From a virus (taxonomy: Duplodnaviria; Heunggongvirae; Uroviricota; Caudoviricetes): DNA of 64,000 nucleotides. The notes under the pieces are model-generated. The model did no database searches, had not been told where the DNA came from, and worked only from the letters and a program-made list of their open reading frames with translations. The position numbers were made by a program, and so were the translations under genes. The DNA lies in IMG/VR virus record IMGVR_UViG_3300037418_003103, one strand, 5' to 3'. Positions 30,971 to 38,385 of this stretch are shown piece by piece (the stretch's first letter is position 1; each line of letters starts with the position of its first letter).

Positions 30971-31354
30971 ATGATATATTATCCAAACGTTATAAATGAT
31001 GATACAGATCCCACAGAAATAATTCAAAAGTGGGAGTCAAGAGCAATGCTTGATGATGTTAATAACAAGATAAATATATCTATTGCCTTCGAATTACTAG
31101 GTGGATATATTATGAGTAATGATTATTATGTAAAGCCTTGTTCTGTTGTGGTTCCTACGTTGTTTCCGATATTAAAGAGGCTACTTAATGATGAAGAATA
31201 TGAAATGAAGTGGCAGGACATTAATAAAGTGGTTATTAAGGTGTTAGAGACTTATCCTAAAGAACACATGAAGATGCTGGAAGAACATAAGGCTCTCCTA
31301 GCCGACATGGAATTTTCTCTTTTTAACAACTTTTGTAATAATTTTAATAATTAA
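30971..31354 (+). CDS. Hypothetical protein
   Basis: ORF-track frame; ATG at 30971 preferred; IIQKWE motif also occurs in the next ORF. Confidence 0.55.
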   Translation: MIYYPNVINDDTDPTEIIQKWESRAMLDDVNNKINISIAFELLGGYIMSNDYYVKPCSVVVPTLFPILKRLLNDEEYEMKWQDINKVVIKVLETYPKEHMKMLEEHKALLADMEFSLFNNFCNNFNN

Positions 31355-31370
31355 AATAATTTATGGGAAT

Positions 31371-31514
31371 ATGTTAGGACCGATATTAAGCAGAGAACAG
31401 GAGATAAGAAATGAGTTAGTAGAATTAATTCAGAAATGGGAATTAATGCCAGATAGAGAGGCGTGTCAACCAATGATCAATGCCTACAAAGAAATGCTCA
31501 AAAAATTTCTATAG
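31371..31514 (+). CDS. Small hypothetical protein (47 aa)
   Basis: MLGPILSREQEIRNELVELIQKWELMPDREACQPMINAYKEMLKKFL; not in track. Confidence 0.45.
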   Translation: MLGPILSREQEIRNELVELIQKWELMPDREACQPMINAYKEMLKKFL

Positions 31515-31532
31515 TATATTTTTTGAACTTTA

Positions 31533-31564
31533 TTTGGTAATTTAATTTTTTTAGTGTATGTTTG
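31533..31564 (+). promoter_or_regulatory. Bacteroidota-type promoter (TTTG-N20-TATGTTTG) driving the tRNA
   Basis: TTTG at 31533-36 and TATGTTTG at 31557-64; tRNA starts at 31574. Confidence 0.7.
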
Positions 31565-31573
31565 TATTCAAAT

Positions 31574-31647
31574 AGCGAGGTAGAGCAGTTGAGTAGCTCG
31601 TCTGGCTCATAACCAGAAGGTCGGCAGTTCGAGTCTGCCCTTCGCTA
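31574..31647 (+). tRNA. tRNA-Met (anticodon CAT)
   Basis: Acceptor AGCGAGG/CTTCGCT, D-arm GAGC/GCTC, anticodon arm TCTGG-CTCATAA-CCAGA, T-arm GGCAG-TTCGAGT-CTGCC; CCA not encoded. Confidence 0.9.
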
Positions 31648-31657
31648 CAAAAATAAT

Positions 31658-31963
31658 ATGCTAGTTACAAAATATTTTTTATTTTCTATTTTTACTCTTA
31701 TTACAACCTTAAGTGTAACAATATATTTACACTGGGAAGAAATTAAAAAAAATATAGGGCTTATATCATTGCCATCTAAATCTTTATTGATTAAAGATTT
31801 TTTAGTAATTCTTTGTATTTGTCTTTTTGCAATAGGATGTGCTGGCTTATTTGTAGTAGAATCTATAGATGATATAAATAAAAAATATAAAGTTTTTTAT
31901 GCTGCAATATTTTTATTATTTTCAGTAATGCTGATAACAGGTAATATTTTATCTTTAAAATAA
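31658..31963 (+). CDS. Hypothetical membrane protein (about 3 TM segments)
   Basis: 101 aa hydrophobic ORF. Confidence 0.6.
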   Translation: MLVTKYFLFSIFTLITTLSVTIYLHWEEIKKNIGLISLPSKSLLIKDFLVILCICLFAIGCAGLFVVESIDDINKKYKVFYAAIFLLFSVMLITGNILSLK

Positions 31964-32035
31964 GTCACATTCTTTATAGTTGTCTACTGTGGACATGAAC
32001 CTTCGGAATGTATAAAAAATGAAAGGGATATTTCA

Positions 32036-32189
32036 GTGGTGACCTCTGAGAGAGCACACAGAGCACTTTAATGGTATTGAAAAAAGCACCTCAATACAAA
32101 AAAACTAATCAGTTCGCCAAGCAATAATTTGGCAGGGGGAGAAAGCTACTCTCTGACAAGGTTAAGTACGACTATACTTAACCTTTTTT
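32036..32189 (+). ncRNA. Candidate structured small RNA (four hairpins plus terminator)
   Basis: CTCTG/CAGAG, GTATTGA/TCAATAC, GCCAA/TTGGC and CAGGGGG/CTCTCTG stems, then terminator AAGGTTAAGTA/TACTTAACCTT-TTTT. Confidence 0.4.
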
Positions 32190-32195
32190 ATTTTA

Positions 32196-32227
32196 TTTGG
32201 CCATTTGATTTTTTTAGTGTATATTTG
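32196..32227 (+). promoter_or_regulatory. Bacteroidota-type promoter (TTTG-N20-TATATTTG)
   Basis: Consensus elements and spacing upstream of the ORF at 32259. Confidence 0.7.
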
Positions 32228-32258
32228 CACTACTAAATCATTTTAAATTTATAGATCG

Positions 32259-32567
32259 TTGAGAAATAAGGTGTATTACGAGTGGGATATAGAGACCACT
32301 AATGAGGAAGGTGAGATTTATGACCATAACTTTGCGGATACACTTTCGGAGGTTGTTCTAACGGAAGGTGACTTGGTGCTTATTAGAAGCGTGGGTAATG
32401 AGAATACTGGACTGGTTGATAGATCTTGGGCTTATGTTAAGGACGGTAAGTTGCCAGCGTGTTTTTATGATGGTTGTGAAAATAATACTGCGGTGCCAGT
32501 GCCTAAGAGGTTTGTTAGCGAATTAGAAAAAAAACTTAAACAAAACAAATGTTTTAACTTGAAATGA
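32259..32567 (+). CDS. Hypothetical protein
   Basis: 102 aa ORF directly after a promoter. Confidence 0.6.
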   Translation: MRNKVYYEWDIETTNEEGEIYDHNFADTLSEVVLTEGDLVLIRSVGNENTGLVDRSWAYVKDGKLPACFYDGCENNTAVPVPKRFVSELEKKLKQNKCFNLK

Positions 32568-32747
32568 TTGTTCAAATTAAGTAATGATAGAAAATGAAAC
32601 GAAAAAATCACATAAAGGCTGATAATGACTCTTTAAGAGGTGTGGGAAAATTGGAATACTCCGAATCTAGTAGGCTTCACGCTACTCTAAAACGACTAAC
32701 ATAAACCTTTACTAATAACAATAAAAAATTTTTAAAATTAGATTAAA

Positions 32748-33041
32748 ATGGGATATTTTGCAGATGAATTTAAAAAAATATTATCAGGTTTACCTAAACC
32801 TGCCAAAGAGAAATCTATTAAAAATGGTAAAAGGTGTAAACATTTAAATGGTATTTTAGACGAACACCTTGATGCTACACACACAAGAGATATTGAAAAT
32901 GGTGTTGTGGATAAGATTGGATATAATGAACCTGGTAATTTAACACACTATGAATTTACTTGTTCAGACTGTAATAAAACATTTAAATGGAAATCATTTT
33001 TTAATTGCCCAAAATGGGCAAAAAAATATGAACTATTCTAA
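32748..33041 (+). CDS. Hypothetical protein, possible Zn-binding
   Basis: CKH...CSDC...C. Confidence 0.6.
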   Translation: MGYFADEFKKILSGLPKPAKEKSIKNGKRCKHLNGILDEHLDATHTRDIENGVVDKIGYNEPGNLTHYEFTCSDCNKTFKWKSFFNCPKWAKKYELF

Positions 33042-33074
33042 TAATAATTTTTTTAAGGAAATAAAGTAAAATAT

Positions 33075-33620
33075 ATGTTTATACTACCATTATATAAAGA
33101 TGTATATGCTCCAGTAGGCAGCGTAACAAGGTTAGAAACTGAAATCTCTTGGGAGAATGTTCAGTCTGCAAGAGGCGAGTGCTTTATGTCGGATGAAACC
33201 AAAGAGTATCAATATATTAAAGATGGACCTGTGTATACTTCAGTACCATTCCATCCTATGGTTAAGGGGTTGATGGAGCAACTGAATAATGATTTTGGTT
33301 ATAATATGAATGTTTGCTTCCTGAATTATTATTCAGACCACACCAAGGCTCTTGGATGGCATTCTGATGATTCACCACCTATTGACCAGTCCCAACCCAT
33401 ATGTGTGATATCACTTGGGCAACCCAGAGAAATTTGGTGGAAATTTATTGGGGCTAAAGGGATTGTACCAGCAGAGAATAAACAGCTTCTTTCTGATGGC
33501 TCATTATTCATAATGCCACCTGGAATGCAAGATATTTACTGTCATAAAATACCAAAGGGTGACAGACAAATGACAACACGTATTTCACTCACATATAGAT
33601 CCTGGAAGGCTGGATTTTAA
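33075..33620 (+). CDS. AlkB-family 2OG-Fe(II) dioxygenase
   Basis: FLNYY...LGWHSDD (HxD), ISLG, GSLFIM, HKIPK, RISLTYR. Confidence 0.9.
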   Translation: MFILPLYKDVYAPVGSVTRLETEISWENVQSARGECFMSDETKEYQYIKDGPVYTSVPFHPMVKGLMEQLNNDFGYNMNVCFLNYYSDHTKALGWHSDDSPPIDQSQPICVISLGQPREIWWKFIGAKGIVPAENKQLLSDGSLFIMPPGMQDIYCHKIPKGDRQMTTRISLTYRSWKAGF

Positions 33621-33639
33621 AAATAGATTAAAAAATGAT

Positions 33640-33942
33640 TTGGATACCAATATTAATACTTTATTTATCAATTTACATTTTTTGGGAAAGCAAGTTTTCA
33701 AGGCTAAAAAAAAAAATGATGAATGGATTAAAATTGATGGAGAAGAAACGTTTCCAGAAACGCATATAGACGTACTTACATTTAATGTTAAGGACGGAAA
33801 CCCCACTCCTTTTATTGTTGATTTCTGCTTTATTGGAGAAGATGAGAAAATTCATTGGGATTGGGGCGAAAATAATCCAACACATTGGATGCCGTTGCCT
33901 GAACGTCCAAAACAAGAATCTAAAGGATCTGTCATTGAATAA
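33640..33942 (+). CDS. DUF551-like phage protein
   Basis: EWIKI...P...THWMPLPERP signature. Confidence 0.7.
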   Translation: MDTNINTLFINLHFLGKQVFKAKKKNDEWIKIDGEETFPETHIDVLTFNVKDGNPTPFIVDFCFIGEDEKIHWDWGENNPTHWMPLPERPKQESKGSVIE

Positions 33943-33943
33943 A

Positions 33944-34222
33944 ATGTTTTACAAGATATTGAAAAAAATAATGATAAAAGGAAAAATATTTGATAATACG
34001 CCGAGTGGTCGCACACTCTCAAAGAGAAGAGATGCGGCTTTAGATACAACTAAAGCAATGGGCCATGAAATGTCGGAGTATATTCATAAAGAATTAAAAA
34101 ATGAGAATTACTTATTATGGGTGTGTAATAAGTGTGGACTCACTCTTAAAATGGATTTCATAAGTGGTACAGAGATAGGTGGAGCATTAATACATCCATG
34201 CAGGGGAAAGTCCTGGTTATAA
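33944..34222 (+). CDS. Hypothetical protein with possible Zn site
   Basis: GHEM...CNKCG...HPC; ATG directly after the previous stop (track start 33785 is likely too far upstream). Confidence 0.55.
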   Translation: MFYKILKKIMIKGKIFDNTPSGRTLSKRRDAALDTTKAMGHEMSEYIHKELKNENYLLWVCNKCGLTLKMDFISGTEIGGALIHPCRGKSWL

Positions 34223-34235
34223 TTTATAAATAACC

Positions 34236-34330
34236 GCTGAGGTTCATAGAGGAATCAACAGGCAGACCTATTATTTAGGGATCATCTGAATAATGTTACT
34301 GTTGCGTAGGTTCAAGTCCTACTCTCAGCA
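34236..34330 (+). ncRNA. tRNA-like RNA 1 (acceptor stem and T-arm, no canonical anticodon arm)
   Basis: GCTGAGG/TCTCAGC-A acceptor; GTAGG-TTCAAGT-CCTAC T-arm; interior is a long stem CAACAG/CTGTTG with nested CAGA/TCTG and CCTA/TAGG. Confidence 0.6.
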
Positions 34331-34419
34331 CTGGGGATAGTAACGAGATTCTTGTAGCAAACGACCCCGAAAACGGTTAAGGGCAAGATGGGCAGGCTGG
34401 GAAGACAGACACTTTTTAA

Positions 34420-34549
34420 GGTGTAATGGCGGAAGCAAACGCTAAGTGGAATGGTAATAGATCTTAACTCCAGACTACAGGAAGAGCACGAGGGCAGTAA
34501 AACCTTACGACTGTATTCTTCTTTGCGGGTTCGAGTCCTGCTTACACCA
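34420..34549 (+). ncRNA. tRNA-like RNA 2 (130 nt; ~80-nt structured insert replacing the anticodon/variable arms)
   Basis: GGTGTAA/TTACACC-A acceptor; D-stem GCG/CGC; T-arm GCGGG-TTCGAGT-CCTGC; inner TGGA/TCCA, TACAG/CTGTA and GAGG/CCTT stems. Confidence 0.6.
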
Positions 34550-34638
34550 CAAAACGAAGTAATGGTTACATGTACCACTGTAACCATTAGCAGGTCGTTA
34601 AATCGGCCTATCTTTTTAATAAAATTAAAAATACATAT

Positions 34639-35106
34639 ATGAAAAAACAAATCAGGAAAGGAGTGTTTGAAACGAATAGCTCAAGTACTCACAGTATTTG
34701 CATCGCAAAAGATGTTGAACTGGATATTCCAAAAACGCTACAATTTAAATTTGGAGAATTCGGATGGGAAGAGGATACTCTTAGTTCCACGTTCGAAAAA
34801 GCAAGTTATTTATTCACTGGATTAATGGGTAATAATAGAAACTCAGATTTTGATAACATAGTTGAAACATTAAAAGAAAAGGGTATTGAAGTGTCATATG
34901 AAACAGCTATAGATGGTTGTGACGGTTATGTTGATCACTCTTATGAGTTAACTGATTTCTTGAACGCTATATGTAGCAGCGAAAAAAAGCTTTTTGACTT
35001 CCTATTTTCACCTTTAAGTTTTATCATTACAGGTAATGATAATTCAGATTCTGATGTAGAAATAAAAGCTGATTATCCACATGACGAATACTATAAAGGA
35101 AACTAA
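34639..35106 (+). CDS. Conserved phage protein with N-terminal IRxGVFETNSSSTHS motif
   Basis: MKKQIRKGVFETNSSSTHSICI...GEFGWE...GYVDH...ITGNDN; stop overlaps the radical SAM start. Confidence 0.75.
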   Translation: MKKQIRKGVFETNSSSTHSICIAKDVELDIPKTLQFKFGEFGWEEDTLSSTFEKASYLFTGLMGNNRNSDFDNIVETLKEKGIEVSYETAIDGCDGYVDHSYELTDFLNAICSSEKKLFDFLFSPLSFIITGNDNSDSDVEIKADYPHDEYYKGN

Positions 35107-35996
35107 TGGAACAAATAGCAACGTATCGTAATGGCAATACCTGTGTTACAATACTTCAGGATGGTACTAAGATAAGAGAGTATGAAGACTCTCCTGAAAT
35201 TATACATCCTGAAAGCATCGATATTAAAATTACAGACTACTGTGACATGGGTTGTGCTTACTGTCATGAGAGCTCAACAACCGCTGGTAAGCACGCTGAT
35301 TTAAGTGAATTACTAAGGGTAATATCAGATCTTCCTGCGGGTGTTGAACTTGCTATTGGCGGTGGGAATCCTCTCTCACACCCTGATTTAAAGAAGTTTC
35401 TTTTGGATCTTAAAAGAAGAGGTATTATCGCCAACATAACCGTAAATCAGGGCCATTTAAAGTCTTATTATGAGCTTATAAGAGAATTAATAAGCGACGG
35501 ATTGATACATGGCCTTGGAATATCCATAACTAGCAATAATTTTACTTATGTTAAGAAAATTAATGAACTCAGCAGTAATGTTGTGTTCCATGTGATAGCA
35601 GGGGTTAACGATATTAGTATTATTGATAGGCTGATGGAATTTTGTGAACCAAAGATTTTAATACTCGGATATAAAACATTCGGCTTTGGTATTCAATATT
35701 ATTCACCAGAGGTTGAATTAGGCATCAATTCGTGGAAAAGAGGCCTTAGAAGGTATGTTGGGAAAGTGAGCCTCTCTTTTGATAACCTGGCCATTGAACA
35801 ATTATCAGTACGAAGACTTTTTACACATGAGGGATGGGAGAAGTTTTATATGGGTGATGACTTCTGTTTTACCATGTATATCGATGCTGTTAAGCAAGAG
35901 TACGGACCAACAAGCAGAAGTAATGACAGGGTTTCCTTTGATAAATCATCTTTATTAGAGTATTTTAAAAACAATAATTTAAATAAAGTCATATGA
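35106..35996 (+). CDS. Radical SAM protein
   Basis: CDMGCAYC (CxxxCxxC), AIGGGNPLSHP, NITVN. Confidence 0.9.
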   Translation: MEQIATYRNGNTCVTILQDGTKIREYEDSPEIIHPESIDIKITDYCDMGCAYCHESSTTAGKHADLSELLRVISDLPAGVELAIGGGNPLSHPDLKKFLLDLKRRGIIANITVNQGHLKSYYELIRELISDGLIHGLGISITSNNFTYVKKINELSSNVVFHVIAGVNDISIIDRLMEFCEPKILILGYKTFGFGIQYYSPEVELGINSWKRGLRRYVGKVSLSFDNLAIEQLSVRRLFTHEGWEKFYMGDDFCFTMYIDAVKQEYGPTSRSNDRVSFDKSSLLEYFKNNNLNKVI

Positions 35997-36142
35997 GTTA
36001 CGAACCGACGATAATAATTAAAAGGGAAGACTCTAACAAATAGGGTATTTATACCGAAAAATTAGATAAATGAATATGATATATAAAACCAGGCTCAGAA
36101 ATCATTGTACACATTGAATCATTATTAGATTCCATAATTAAA
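35993..36142 (+). pseudogene. Possible decayed gene remnant
   Basis: ATGA-coupled start MSYEPTIIIKREDSNK*, then the same frame continues GIYTEKLDK*I*YIKPGSEIIVHIESLLDSIIK*. Confidence 0.3.
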
Positions 36143-37685
36143 TAGTTAAAAGCCATTTTTTACATCCACAATCGTATATTCTTGGAATTTCTCTTTCCTT
36201 CATAATCTGTCTTTCTGATTTATTTTTATCAAATCCATTCTTAACTAGGATATCTTTTCTATATTTAAATCTGTTTTCACGTTTATGATTTAAGATGTAG
36301 AAGTAGTTGGGATGCGATTCAGAAATAAGTGAAAATCCAGTATTTTTATACACGTCTCCATTAAAATATCTGTTATCTGAATAGGTTAGTAAAGATTCAG
36401 GATGATATGTCTTTATGAAATGTTTAATAAGTCTTGAAAAAGCACCAACAACTGTAGTATTTAATTTATTACAGAATCTAAGAAGCTCATAAGCTCCATT
36501 CTTAGATTTAGCTCCTAAATTTTTCCTTAAACCACCGAAGGTCATTAAAGAGACAAGTTTATTTTCATAAAATAAACCAATACTAACTCTTGCATATACA
36601 TTACCCTGGATATGGTTGGTATTTAGAAAGTCCTTTGCATCAGAATTGGAAACTTCTTTAATTTCTGTTTTTCTTGCAACTACTCTATTGGTGTTTTTAC
36701 CTATTTTACTCATCAGAATACTCTTCACAATGTCTTTTTTATTTATCCATTCGTCTTCGAATATATGAATTAGTTCTATACCAACTTCTCTACACATTTT
36801 TGTCTTTATGAGATGATAGTCATCCTCAACAAATAGGTCTGAATGCCAATAAATACCATTAAACTCAATTGCTATATTTTTACTCGGCAGTAATATGTCC
36901 AGCTCGTATGGCGATATGATGTTTCTATTACCCTCAACAACTTCTTCCTCTGGCAAAAGTTCTTTAATAAATTGAATAACATCTTTTTCATGAAATGAAT
37001 CACAAGATCCTATCGGATTACATTTAGTGCATGGGTTAATTCCGTTTTTAAGCCTATAATTTAGAAGGTTATGATATATTTTGTATTCCTTATTACAAAT
37101 ACTGCATTCCAGAATTATATTTGTATCGTTCGTATCGTATTTCAACACTTTGTCATTAGACTCTCTATTAATACGTTTTATAAAATTTTCCCTTAATGTA
37201 ACATTACTCTTATTCTTATTGTTTGAAGACCCATATTTAATTTTCCTAGTCTTTATACCCTTCTGAAAGTTATTATAATTTTCATCACCATATTTATTTA
37301 ACTTTGTTTGTTTAACCTTACTAGTAAAAGATTCGTGTTTTGAGAATGCGGATACACCGTACTTGGCTTTTAGAACTGCTGAGGCTCTTTCTTGTATAAT
37401 GTTACTTGAATTAGCACATTTTAGCGAACAAAAATCAGAATATCCCTTATCCAGGGTTTTTTTTATAGAAACTTGATTTCCACAATTAAGACATGTGGGT
37501 ATACATGGATCATTGTTCATGAAGTGCCATACTTGTTGCTTGAAAGGAAGAAGCTTTAATGGTTCGTACTGGTTTACAAAGGCTAAAAGTGCTTCATAGA
37601 TTTCTGGCTCACTTGATCGTAAATATGATGGTTTTGTTTTCCAACCAGATTTATTATCGTTTAAAAAAAATTTTTTGTAATCCAT
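36138..37685 (-). CDS. Putative homing endonuclease copy 1 (Zn motifs + PD-(D/E)xK/Vsr-like nuclease + Mom-like GNAT domain)
   Basis: ELDILLPSKNIAIEFNGIYWH; IHIFEDEW; ARK...NHIQG...ELLRFC...TYSDNR...RIYDCG. Confidence 0.7.
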   Translation of the reverse strand: MDYKKFFLNDNKSGWKTKPSYLRSSEPEIYEALLAFVNQYEPLKLLPFKQQVWHFMNNDPCIPTCLNCGNQVSIKKTLDKGYSDFCSLKCANSSNIIQERASAVLKAKYGVSAFSKHESFTSKVKQTKLNKYGDENYNNFQKGIKTRKIKYGSSNNKNKSNVTLRENFIKRINRESNDKVLKYDTNDTNIILECSICNKEYKIYHNLLNYRLKNGINPCTKCNPIGSCDSFHEKDVIQFIKELLPEEEVVEGNRNIISPYELDILLPSKNIAIEFNGIYWHSDLFVEDDYHLIKTKMCREVGIELIHIFEDEWINKKDIVKSILMSKIGKNTNRVVARKTEIKEVSNSDAKDFLNTNHIQGNVYARVSIGLFYENKLVSLMTFGGLRKNLGAKSKNGAYELLRFCNKLNTTVVGAFSRLIKHFIKTYHPESLLTYSDNRYFNGDVYKNTGFSLISESHPNYFYILNHKRENRFKYRKDILVKNGFDKNKSERQIMKEREIPRIYDCGCKKWLLTI

Positions 37686-37749
37686 ATTGCAAATATACCA
37701 TAAATATTCTGGAAAACAAGGATAAGCTAAAAATCTTTTTTAAATAAAA

Positions 37750-37783
37750 AAACCATTTATGGAATTAATTCCATAAATGGTTT
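37750..37783. terminator. Perfect 34-bp palindrome / terminator after the tail tube gene
   Basis: AAACCATTTATGGAATT|AATTCCATAAATGGTTT. Confidence 0.7.
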
Positions 37784-37807
37784 AATAAGTTATTGATAAT
37801 CAAGAAT

Positions 37808-38296
37808 TTAAAACAAATTGATCGCACGATCAAATCTGAGCGTAACTGTAATCTCAGCGATTCCATCGTCGTCCATGCTCAAATTACCAAAAGCTACATT
37901 TGTAGCCATAGTTCCATCCAGTAGCCATTTCTCAACTACTACCCCTGTTGGATCAAGCATTTCTAGCTCTACTGGTCTCTTATAACCTACTGCATAGCCC
38001 TGACGGCCTGTTATTGATTCAGAATGAAGACGAACCCATTCCATTATTGCTTGTGTAGCTGATGGACCAATTGGGTCACGGAAAGTGACATCAATTGCTT
38101 CCCATTTAAATCTACCAATAACCCATGTAGAAGTATTTAAGAATGGAATTTCTACTTCATTTTGAGAGATTGTTGGTCTTGATGCAGACGCAAGCCACCA
38201 TTGTTGAATTCCCAGGTCAGCAGGAAATGTAATTAGCCACCTATTCTTCCTTTTCAATTCATAGGGTAACGGGGCTTTCATGAGCAAATCGGACAT
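37808..38296 (-). CDS. Tail tube protein (T4 gp19-like)
   Basis: KRKNRW, ASRP, GRFKWEAIDVTFRDPI, MEW, LEMLDPTGVVVEKW, ITVTLRFD; downstream of the sheath gene. Confidence 0.85.
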   Translation of the reverse strand: MSDLLMKAPLPYELKRKNRWLITFPADLGIQQWWLASASRPTISQNEVEIPFLNTSTWVIGRFKWEAIDVTFRDPIGPSATQAIMEWVRLHSESITGRQGYAVGYKRPVELEMLDPTGVVVEKWLLDGTMATNVAFGNLSMDDDGIAEITVTLRFDRAINLF

Positions 38297-38385
38297 TTTT
38301 ATTTACTTTTTAATTTTTTATTAGTATTATTGTTGAAATAAGTTTATCCTTATTCAATAATAAATATAAGTAATTGGAAAATAGT

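Noticed and set aside
32636-32690. Additional tRNA
   Set aside because: Resembles a tRNA 5' half but has no T-arm or complementary acceptor strand
34331-34410. Riboswitch or ribozyme in the spacer between the tRNA-like RNAs
   Set aside because: Only isolated words (GGGAAG, GCAAAC) match; the cores of cobalamin, c-di-GMP and hammerhead motifs could not be built
34200-34612. RNase P RNA (GGAAAGTCC at ~34205)
   Set aside because: The motif lies inside a CDS, and no complementary P4 3' strand was found downstream
34312-34650. Track ORFs 34312..34650 (-) and 34451..34642 (+)
   Set aside because: They overlap the structured RNAs; the GC-rich sequence explains the open frames
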